NCBI GenBank assembly: GCA_030390025.1
Contig: CM059432.1
Coordinates: 132,186,001 to 132,250,000 of the forward strand
DNA from: Squalus acanthias
Lineage: Eukaryota
DNA length: 64,000 nt
Direction of reading: 5' to 3'
Position numbers and translations under genes: made by a program. Below are positions 13,901 through 25,900 of the stretch, piece after piece (position 1 is the stretch's first letter; every line of letters begins with the position of its first letter). The notes below the pieces were generated by a model, which was not told the origin of the DNA, searched no databases, and was given only the letters and a program-made list of their open reading frames with translations.

Positions 13901-16900
13901 TTTAGTCCGGTGAAACATTGTTAAATTGTGTTGACAAATCAGTACTCGAGAACAGACAAATTCCCAGCTTCAGAGCAAAAAGATTAAAAATACACTGCTC
14001 ATACTTCCCCCCCCAATCTGAAATCACCCCAAAGTCTTAAATACCGGTTCCTTCTCCTTCTCTTCCTTTGGTTGATCCTCTTCCTCAGGATGTTCATCAC
14101 TTTCCTCATCTTCTTCAAAGGGTTGAGCAGCCTTTAACTGGGAATCCACATATTCCTTTAGCGAGTCCAGATCTCTTTTCCCCTTGTATTGATCAGCCTA
14201 AGAAAGGGGCAACAGTGAATTCATTTCAACGTTTGGAAAGAGGCTTTACAGTTCAAAGTATTCCTCAAAAACGTACACTTCACAATTGAGCAGTACAAAA
14301 AGTAGAATTTCCAAAAAGATTGTTACGATTAAAGTCAAAAGGCAGCAAAAGACACACTTTTTCCAAAGAATTCTTTTCCCTTGCGCCTCTCTCACCCACC
14401 ATCATACACTTGCATGCCTGCGCGCACACAATTTGACAGAGATTGCTGTAATGGTAGCCCACAGTGCTTTGTACTTCACCATCAACTTAGCTGGGGAGGG
14501 AAGAACAGATTCTGTCTGGAAGGTTGCCATCTGACCACTTCACTGCAGACTGGTTTTACCACTTTAGATATCTCTGCTGCACACTCTGAAGCCTGATATT
14601 AAGCACCAAGGACAAACACTTCAAGGCTTTGGAAATTCAGACAGCCCTAAAGCTCCACTGAAGTTCTGAATTTGCCAAGATTCATGGAATGCAGCACGTT
14701 ATTGGATTGGGCGGGGAGGTGGGGGTGGGAAGAGGAGGAGAAGTCCAGTAAACACGATTTAAAATAAAAAAATGATACTTGCCTTTTCACCATCCTTGAA
14801 CCAAAGTAGAGTCGGGTACCCACGCACTTGGCTCTCAGAGCACAACTGCTGATGGACGGTGCAATCAACCTAGAATGAGATTACAAAACGATTAGTATTG
14901 TAAAACACTGCAGGGGTACGGCTGCAGTCACAAAGTGAACAGATCCTTCAGAGAGTTTAGCAGCTAAAAGTTAACTCTGCTGATTCCTCACACACACAAA
15001 TTAGCTTAAAGCGCCAGCCAACTGCCTAAAATGCTATTTATTTTTTTGAAATCTTTACATGCAAGTTATATCAGGGAGAAAATTTTGAGTGAAAGGACTG
15101 GCAGTCTGTCCGGGGCTGTTTTTGTGCTGTGCCTCAAAACCCCCTTCGCTGAGCAAGCAGCCCCGTTTAATGTTCGAGAACAGATTTAAATAATTAAAAC
15201 CACGATTTGAAGTCGTTCACAGCCAGCCATACTGCTCAAAGCTGGAATCTGTTGATGTGCCCTGGATTGTATAGGGAGTCCCATTCTACCCTGGATCCAA
15301 AGCAGTGTTAGTAATTGCGGCAAGGGGCTGCAAGCACTGTCTGACCAGGGCACTGTGGTCTAGTGACGACCACCATAGGAGGTCAAAATGCCCCCTTTGC
15401 TCTATTGTGACTTTGCAGGACAGGGAGAGAAGATTTAGCTGGAGGGCCTCTGAAACAATTCTGCACATAGTACCACTTATCATGGTTTCCACTAACAGGC
15501 TTACAGTGAATGCTGCTCCCATATCCTGAACAACCCCATCAACTCAATCACAGAGGGTGCAGCTCAGATGGCTACAAACCCGTCTAGTGGAATTGGGCTT
15601 CTTACAATCGGCACTGTTGTTGGGTGGAATTGGGATTTCGAGTGGTCAGTCACACCAACCTTCCAGCAGTGCACGGTTTTCTCAACCACGGTGAACTGGT
15701 AAAAAGCGCTTACTAAATAGTGTCAGAATGATAATACACCCCAATGATGTTGAAACTCAGGGACTTCTTAGGAGAGATTCCCAGATCCCTGTGTCAAGTA
15801 TATGCATCCAAGACTGAATACAGAGCGCCATCATTGCCATTTCTCTCCCCCACCCCACTTATTTGTATATCCCAATAATTACGTTCAATGGCATTGTAGT
15901 GTTCAAGGAGTAGGAAGAAGAAAAAAAAATGAGCCTTTGCAATCTGCACTAATCTTGGACTGACTTTATAATAGAAAATAATGCAACGGATTATCAGACT
16001 ATTTATAGGACAGTATTCCACTCAGTGCAACATTTCCTCATCAAAAACCAAGCAGTCCTATCAAATCTCGTACCCTACAGTATACACTGCTACTCGCTGT
16101 ACACAACTTGGTAACGCTGTACACAACTCTCTTCGCCAGGAGCAAGTGGAAGCCAAGCGCAAACAGCGGAAGGAGCGCACGTCAACCCAAGCACCCCACC
16201 CACCCGCCCCTTCAACCAGCGTCTGCCCCACCTGTGACAGAGACTGTAGGTCCCGCATTGGACTCATCAGTCACCTGAGAACACATTTTTAATGTGGAAA
16301 CAAGTCATCCTCGGTTCCGAGGGACTGCCTAAGAAGAAGAAGAAGAAGCGTGCATTTCAAAACCCTTTCAGAAAGAACATTTCCCGTTACTTTTGATGCT
16401 CCCACCTTGCCAATTTTCACGTTGTCTGAATGCTCAAACATCGATGCCAGCTGTTCCCATGTTGAAGCCAGAGCCTTGCAGTGCCCACACCACGGAGCAA
16501 AGAACTTGATAAAGTGAAAACCTGGAAAGTATTTTTATTGCTAGTTACAGAGTTTTTAAAGAAAATAAATAAAACGACTGTACATGAAAGTCTACACATC
16601 AATACTGAGGATTCTCCTGGAAAGGAGGGCTGGGAGGAGAACATTTTATTGTGGTCATCCCACTAGCACAGGGTGCTACCAACTGAGGCAAATTGACAGG
16701 CTTTTTTTTTTTAATCATCATTTGAGATGTGGGCACCACTGGCAAAACAGGCATCCCTAGTTGCCCTAGAGAAGGTGGGGCCTTCTTCTTGAACCGCTGC
16801 AGTCCATGTGATGAAGGTACACCCACGATGCTGTTAGGTAGGGAGTTCCAAAACCTTGACCCAGCGACAATGAAGGAACAGCGGTACATGTCCAAGTCTG

Positions 16901-19900
16901 GATGGTGTGAGACTTGGAGTGGAACCTGGAGTTCCTGTGCACCTGCTGCCCTCGGTGGTGGTGGCAACGGGTTTGGGAGGTGCTGCCAAAGCAGCCTTGG
17001 CAAACTGCTGCAGTGCATCCTGTAGATAGTACACACCGCAGCCACAGGGCGCCGGTGGTGCAGGCTCACTCATAGTTCCCTGCATGCCCAAGTTCTTGAT
17101 GTAGCCAAGCAGTCAAGGTAAGCTACTTGCCACAAGAAGGTTGGCTGCAGCAAAGTCACACCAGACCATTCTTGCAGATTACTTCGCCACTTGAAAAATG
17201 ACAGAAAAATGGGAGAGCCCAAACATAGATGGGAGAGCAACATGCCTTCTTTTGCCAAAGTACAAATGCCGTACACATCTTTATTTCATAATGAACATAT
17301 CAGTAATTAGGTTTAATGACTTTCTCCAAGTTTCATTGTGCCAAATCAACTGCTCGGTGGATCTGTGACCCGATGCCTGGCTAGCATCAATGTCCCTGCA
17401 CGAATTGATTGGTCGGAGTCTTCTTGATATAAAAATATTTTAGGTGATTCTACGCTATTTTGAAGCTGACAGGAAAAAGCCTGGCTTTCATTAGGTTCCC
17501 ACGAACCGGTGCTTGCCTTGGACAGACGGTTCTCACAGCAGCAAGCACATATGCATACACTCCTTCAAACCGTTAAGACAAGTCAGCCAATGAGGACTAT
17601 AGCAAGTTTGCCAACCTGCTACTGTAGTTAACACTCGCATCAGGTGCAGTGATTTTTTTTTACAAAAGGCTATAAATGTAGCAGACAGTGTATTTCCATG
17701 CTACCATTAAATTAATGAAACTGATTATTGCCAATGTCCTCCCCAGGATGGCCTGTTTTTTTTTGTTAAAAGGAAAGCCATGTTCTAGAGTGGTCACTAC
17801 AGGAACAAGGTAAAAGCAACTTCCTTTAAAAAGAGGAGCTAAAGCCCCATCATTCACATTTGTGACTCCTATCGTCGCTCTCATTACAGAATAAAATAAG
17901 AGATACAAGTTATTCTACAAACTTCTACTAGTGTTCAACAGGTCATGATTCAGCTCCAGCACATCCAGACTTAAAAAACATCAAACAAACACATAACCTG
18001 GTGCAGAACATACCTTGTCCAGTGTGCAGCTTGAAGTTACTGGCTGATAGTTCATACAAGCCCTGCTTGGCTTCTGGGGCTGTGGGAGGTTCCTGCTCAG
18101 ATTCTATTTGCTAACATGCGTATATAAAAAATAAATAAATTAGGATTTCATTTTTCAGTTATAGGAAGACAAAATTGCATTTTAAGGTGCATATTAAGCT
18201 ATAAAGATTTTTCCCTAAAGGAAATGCATCTCTTCCACTTTGGACAACACACTGGGCGTGATCTTGCCAGCCCTGGGGAGGCAGGACTGCCGGGAAAATG
18301 GCAGAATCTGGGGGCGGGTACCCATCCCACCCCCAACCCGCCTCCGTGCCATCTTCCCAGGAGGCGGGTAGCCAACCTGCGCCGGGTCCCATCTCCTGGA
18401 GGCAGGAAGGGGATTACAGCCACTTAACTGCCTGTTAACAGGCAGATAAGAGGATTATCTCCATTTTACCCACACAAGTGCAGGCTTCCCGAAGGCTGCG
18501 AACCCTGCCAGGGTCACCGAGGCGTGCAAAAGTGCGCTGTGAAGTTAATTATGTGATGGGTGCAAGTGTGGAGAGGTGGGTATGTGAGGTAAGTGGAAAG
18601 TGTTAGAAAAAGTTTACTTACCTTTGTTTCTTCCTGCAGGCTTCAATCGTTGGGGATGCGAAGAGTCTCACATCTCCGCGGCAGAGATGACAGATGGCTG
18701 CTGCATTCTCCAATGCAACAACCATCTAATTTCTGCTAAAGAAAGAGGTTTGATGAGTCTTGAATACAAGAACTCATCAAACTACAGAGAATGTCAGTGT
18801 TTGACAGCTTCACAGAGCTGTCAAAAGTTGACAGATGAAACGTCATACGCTGACGTTCTCTGTAACCGGCTTCCCCTTAATTGGCCTGCTAAGCCCGCTG
18901 GGCGGGCCCAACAAGGTCAATCAAGGGAAAATAGCGTGGGTTGGCCAGAAGTCGACGGAGGCGGGATTAAAACCCGACAAGTGGGAGTCCCGCTTCCAAA
19001 AGCTCCCCAATGGCAAAATACAGCCCACTATCTCCCTTCATCTCCTTAATGCTGCATTTGAACAATGCACGTCTTACTTTCTCCAGACAGACTGCTCTGT
19101 AGTCCTCTCCACTCTTTCGCTCACCCAACCTTAATTAATCCAGCTACATAAAGGTAATATCATACATCCATTTTTCCACATCTGATGATGAGCAGCTCAC
19201 CCAGAGGCCTGGTGGGGAACAGGCAAAAAAAACAACTTACCCAACAAAGGGAAGCAAGTTCGACTGTCAGCAGTGACTCATCTTCAAGTCCAAAGCCCAA
19301 TGATACTTTCTTCAAGCTTAAGCATGATTAATTTATAGAACAGACTCCCACCAAATGCAGTAGATATTAATGAATACTGACTACGCTGACGCATTTACAA
19401 GGGAACCACATCAATTCCTAAAGGGCGACGGGGTTGGGAAGAAAAAGACGAAAATGGATACATTAGATCCAGAAACAGGACCTCAATGAAAGAGACCATT
19501 TCTCGTGCTTACATTTCAACATCAGTAGGTTTATTTAGGAGATTAGCAGCATAATCCTAGGTGGGTGGGGGTTAGGGGAACTGCACTTAAACCAGTATGC
19601 TTTAATGTGAGATATGCCACTTGTCTGACACTCTGAATTTTTCACCTCAAATTGTCTTAATTCTAGGGTAAATTTCTAGTTCTAGTGCTATGTACCGCAA
19701 AACGTTCTCTCTACATACAATGCAAGCTTGAAAGAGCAAAAATCTATAATTGTACTGCTAGCCATTCTTCACAGTTCATGTGGGACATAAAGATTTTACA
19801 CACCCACCATTATGCCTTGCTAACATCCTAGCGAAAACACGACAGCCTTGAAACTCCACAGGTCTCCCCCTTCAGGGCCTACAATCCCATGGTTCAAATA

Positions 19901-22900
19901 TTTAAGGTACCAGTTACAAGTCCAAAGAGCAATAAAGGTAATTAATTCAGCAGCAAATCTGCTGGCATATCAGTTACCTTCTTTTAAAAATAGAACGCAT
20001 GCAAATATAGAGCAGGAACTACTTCAGTGTAGCCTTCAAACCAGCACCAGCCCAAGGCGGCCAATGTCCCATCCCTCTCTGGGTTTGCTATGTGGTGAAC
20101 AAGTTGGGTCAACTGGTAAAAACACCTGGCTGCAGGGGTTTCAAAGTAACATCAAGGTTATAGTTTCAGACACTAAATCAAATGCTTCCAGTGTCAACCT
20201 TCGCTCAGTGGTAGCGCCCTCCGAGGCAGAAGGTCGTGGGTTCAAGTCCCACTCCAGAAACTGGAGCACATAATCAGGGCTGACACTTAGTGCAGAGCTG
20301 AGGGAGTGCTGCACTGTCAGAGGTGCCGCCTTTCAGAGGAGACGTTAAACCCGAGGCCCCGTCTGCTCTCTCAGGTGGATATAAAAGATCCCATGGCACT
20401 ATTCGAAGAGGAGCAGGGGAGTTCTCCCCGGTGTCCTGGAAATATTTATCCCTCAACCAACATCACTGAAACAGATTATCTGGTCATTATCACATTGCTG
20501 TGTGCAAATTGGCTGCCACGTTTCCTACAGGACAATGGTGACTACACTTCAAAAGTACTTCATTTCTTTCTTCTGATACTGGGTATGGAGTCAGTCAAAA
20601 CCAAGGCTATTCAGGGACAGCATGCAGATGTGACAGGCCAAAGGATCCCACCTGCCATTCTCCACGTCACATACACCACCTTGACTGGCCTGTTGGAGGC
20701 ACTAAGCACTGGTCCGGGATGGGTTTTTCCGTTCCCGCACTGGTCATCCCACAATTTTCCAGCTATTAAAATGATTGGGCGGAAAATTGTGGGCTGGCAA
20801 TTTCCATGTAGAGGAAAATTTGAAAGGAGAGTTACAATAAGATACCTCTTATACGATTACCTCCTAAGGTAGAGCGTAGCACTAGCAGGAATAATGTGCA
20901 ACACATGTACAATGACAGAGTACTCCCCATTAGAACAGATTACATTTTAAAACTGTGAACAGCTCACTTCAAATGAATGGGAGTTGACCAATACAAAATA
21001 AAAATAAAATCTTAGTAACGGATAATTTTTTATCCCCTCTTGTTCTGAAAATGCCAACTTACGCTGGGGTACGGTTCCTTACCGATACCAGGGCTTAAGG
21101 GGTTAAATTTTGAGGATAGGTTGCATAAACTTGACTTGTATCCTCTTGAGTTTAGAAGGTTGAGCGGGTGATCTAACTCAGGCGTTGAAAATGATAAAGG
21201 GATTCAACAGGGAATCCAGAACAAGAGGCCACAATCTTAGAATTAGAGCTAAGCCACTTCGGAGCAAAATCAGGAAGCACTTCTTCACAAAGGATGTAGC
21301 GGAAATCTGGAACTCGCTCCCCCAAAACTTTGGATGATAGGACAACTAAACATTTCAAGACCGAGATCGATAGATTTTTATTGGTTAAGGGTATCAAGGG
21401 CTATGGAGAAAGGGCGGGTAAATGGAGTTGAGGTATCGATCTCCCATGATCGAACTGAATGGCAGAGCAGGCAGGAGGGGCTGAACTGCCTACTCCTGTT
21501 CCTAGCAGTATCTCACCCAAGTAGCCATTCATCACAGGTGTTTATACAGGGAACGTCAGCGAGCTATTCAGCACTGGAGTCATCACCGCCAAACAAAATC
21601 TTGCCCTCACCAGACGTTCGCACATTTTCTATTCCACTGCAGTTTCTCGGGCTAATTTAAGACAACAGTACGCCAAAGTTGGACACAGCAAAATTAGTCA
21701 ATGCAAAACAAAGTTCCTGCCATTCTAAACACCTCACTATTTCGGCTGTAACTATTACCGCAGTGTTCACCTACTGCTGATGTGAGAGTAATACATTTAC
21801 ATATTTCTCCCTCAGCTATGCAAATGACTTTCAGCACAACAACCCCTTCCTATCTATGCTCTTTAAATATAAAGTTGCAACTTCTGAAAATAAGGAACCG
21901 ATAGCTCGAGACTTGAATAGCTTTGGTGCCAGAACACTGCAATATTAATGTTCAGGCAGGCTTCCTCACCCACTCATAGTGACCCCTCCAGTGTCAAGTT
22001 CAATAAAACAAACAAATGTTTCAATGCACAATATGAGGAAATCCGAATGGATTTATAGTATTTATTTTCCAAGTGCAAACTCAAGGATTATCCTTTTCCT
22101 GGTCTTTTTCAAGAGTGAATGGCTTGCAAAAACTGTTACACAAGTTGCGTTTGATTGAGTGGGTTGAGTTAATGAACGTCTGGCTGGGGGGGAAAAAAAA
22201 ATGTAGCGACTAATTTGCACAATGGAGTAAAACTGTCCTGAGTGATCAATGGAGCATGGGATTTAATAATGAACTTTTAACAACATTACTTGGACTTTAG
22301 AGACCAGAACACAAAAATCAGGCCTGAATAAAAGAGTAACTATGATATGGAAGACAAAGATACTGTCTGATTTTAAACCCTTAAGAACTATCCAGACAGG
22401 AATAAATACTTCTATACACAAGAGTTATTCCACAGATTTCATAATGAAGAGGCCAAATTAGTGCTCACTATGCTTTTCGAAGCAGGAAGCAGGTGGAAAA
22501 GGTGCAGAGGAACAGGGAAAACAAGTTAAGGATAATCCACATCTGCTCACGTTCTTGGATGCAAAACTAACGGCCCATTTGTTGATCAACTGAGTCATAA
22601 ATTTACAAATTTCCTTTTTTTTGTTACGAAAACCAAACTCTCATGAGACACATGCAAGCTTTGGCTGTTCACCGTAAGTTATGATTGCCACTTTCAAAAA
22701 AATATACACCATTTCTAAATTAAATTTTTCCTCTTGTAACCCTTTCCCCAATAGGCTAAGTGAAATGTTTAGAAGATTTGTCTAAATAAAAGGTTACACA
22801 GTAGTTAAAATAGGGTAAATAATTAGAAATTAGACAAAGAATTAAAATAACAGTGTGGAAGACAGAATGGGGTAAAAGGGGAAATCAAGCAAGCAAAATT

Positions 22901-25900
22901 TAGATTTGCTTTTGTTTTAGGTTATTTTGAAATATTACGGAGCCAAAAACAAGCCATAACCAATTTCCACCCAAATGTGTTTGATGAAACCATAAAAGCT
23001 GATGGCTGTTCCAGGGAGCCTGGAATTTCCCAGACACGCTGGCAGCCTAAGAATGAATATGGGGGAACAACTAGTTATTTAAACAAAAAAGCATTTCGCC
23101 GTTAATTTCTTACACTTTTTGGACTGGAGTGGATTATACTCATTAGAACCTAGACCGTAATAATGATACTCAAACTACTGTACACTATTTGAAAAACATT
23201 TTTAAATGTGTACTATCGTAGGTACAGGAAACTCTTTCGTATCCGGCACCTATGGGACCGGGATGGTGCCGGTTGATTAAAAATTCCGGATAACGAAGGG
23301 ACATGGAGTGACAATGGCCCAAGGTACGAGAGCCCCGTTCCACAGCCACAAGTGCCGGAGCCCCGCTCCACAGACACAGGGGACCCGGTTACACAACCAG
23401 GAGGTGCTGGAGCCCCGCTCCACAGCCACAGGTGCTGGAGCCCCGCTCCACAGCCACAGGTGCTGGAGCCCCGCTCCACAGCCACAGGTGCTGGAGCCCC
23501 GCTCCACAGCCACAGGTGCTGGAGCCCCGCTCCACAGCCACAGGTGCTGGAGCCCCGCTCCACAGCCACAGGTGCTGGAGCCCCGCTCCACAGCCACAGG
23601 TGCTGGAGCCCCGCTCCACAGCCACAGGTGCTGGAGCCCCGCTCCACAGCCACAGGTGCTGGAGCCCCGCTCCACAGCCACAGGTGCTGGAGCCCCGCTC
23701 CACAGCCACAGGTGCTGGAGCCCCGCTCCACAGCCACAGGTGCTGGAGCCCCGCTCCACAGCCACAGGTGCTGGAGCCCCGGTTACACAACCAGAGGTGC
23801 AGGAGCCATGGTTACACGGCAAAAGGTACGAGAACCCCGGTTACACAGCCACAAATATACAGTATACGGAAGCCTCAAAACCTACTCCAGAATTCTGCCG
23901 GTTATTAGAGCATTCCGGATCATTAGGTGCCGTTTAAACGAGAGTTTCCTGTAGTTGGAGGTTTTTAAAATCAGTTCTCACTGTATTACGATAGTTATTC
24001 CCTGTAGTAGAGATAAAACTAAAAAGAGCATAATTACAGACAGTGAAAATTAAAAATTTGGAGTATTCTAAACCTAAGCCACCAGTTCTACTTTATAGCC
24101 GAGGAACATGGGAACAGGAGCAGACCTTTCAGACCATCGAGCACGCACTCCCATTTTGTTAGCCACGGCAGTGTCACAGCGCGTTCTTCCTTCAGTACTC
24201 AGGATAAGCAACACAAAATACCCCCAATATATGTAGCACGAGAGGAAAATGAATTAATACGTCAAATAAGAAGGTCTTCCATTCACTGAGTTGTATTTGC
24301 ACATACTGCTTTACCCATTGGCCCACACCTGCTGAAAGTTTCATGTACAACTTTCAGCATTTCACTGCGGAATCACCTGACGAAACAGTTATTGTCCAAG
24401 GCATAAACACCAGCTTGCGTGATGGAAGCAGATTATTTGTAAACAACATAACAGGCAGTTTGATGGTCTGAAAGTGTTTTTTTTTTTAAAAAGGCAATCT
24501 CTGAAAGCTGATTACAAATGACACGCAACAGACAAACATCGGCTAGATCATGCATTTTGTTCAGGAAGAGGAGAACAAGCTGGTAGTATGGAGGGACTGT
24601 TGCCGCTGTGATTTCTCACTGTTAACAGTCTACATTATAAAATATTCCTGAGCTTAAGAGTTAAGTGACTTTCTAAAGACTTACAGCAGGTTCAGCATTC
24701 ACAGTCTCAAGCATCCAGGTCTCCAGTGACTGGAAGTCTCGTGGTCCCTGATATTTCACTGCTTCCTGGTCGGGTCTGAACAACTTCAGTCTAAAGGAGA
24801 ACCAGAAAAGCCACTTTAAAATAAAAATTAAACAGAACAGCAAACTCATTATATATCCAACGCTAGTTTCAAAATGCTGTTTGGTAAGAAATGAAATGAA
24901 GACTTTCTGCACAAAGCATCTAATCTAATTAGAAGGAAAAATTGCTGGATATGTCACAGTGACCAAGTAATCTTTCAAAATTTAGAGGGAGGGTGGGGGG
25001 CGGGGAAAGAGGTGGGGATGACAGGCTGAGTGTTAGCGGACTTTTGGGTTTTAAATGCACAGTTCATTGTTTAGAGTTAAGACCGCAGTAATGAAGCTGC
25101 ACCTTGCATCATAAAAGCATGTTTCCACATCAGTGTGTGTCATCTCCCTGGATCTGCAGACAGTACAAAGGATAAATAATTGCAGAAGACACTGCACCAA
25201 TGTACCTGGCAGCACATTGCATCAGTTCTATCATTCGGTTTTATTAGTTCTGCGAATGTCAGCATGGTTGCAGAGAACAATTACAGACCAGGAATAAAGT
25301 TTTGTAACGACAGACTTAATATAAACCAGCATTCACTATGACAAAACTAAAACCCCAGACTCTTACACAAGATCAATCCCGCTCCCCACCAAATCAAAGC
25401 CAAGGTCCAAAATGAATAAATCTTGTATGTTGTTGACAGTTTACATCTTGAGAGTAGACTACCAGCAAGCACCTTGAGAATGTCTTTGCATAGGTAACTC
25501 ACCCCTCCCGCACCTGCATGATGTTTAAAATCATTTTCAATGAAAGGTCCCCAACCCAAAACTCCTCACTTACGTAGGATATCCACGGACTCCGTGATCT
25601 GAACAGGTCTGTGTATCTTTGGTGCAGTCAACTTTAGCTACGTTTGCTGGAGGTTTATCCATGTTGTTGTACTTGTCCCCTAGTTCATTCCACGTTGACT
25701 GAAGTCTCTGACAATGCCCACACCTATTAGAGTACACAGCAGTCAGTGAAATTGTAGGATGAATGGGTTAATACTGAATTTTTTTTAAAGTTTAAAACTT
25801 GTGCTAACTGTGCATGGGCTTTTCTGAAGCATGTCATTCTCATGCACTTCACTCGTGACAGATCAGAATTGCAGAAAGATGCCTTAATGGTCTTCAGCTT

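Noticed and set aside
15305..15529. ORF with CKHC and CPLC resembling part of a RING finger
   Set aside because: Incomplete motif, short ORF antisense within a TXNDC5 intron, no supporting exon structure.
23213..23954. Six overlapping 133-209 aa repetitive ORFs; array superficially CRISPR-like
   Set aside because: Products of a stop-free 28-bp tandem repeat; no unique spacers, no cas genes, eukaryotic intron.
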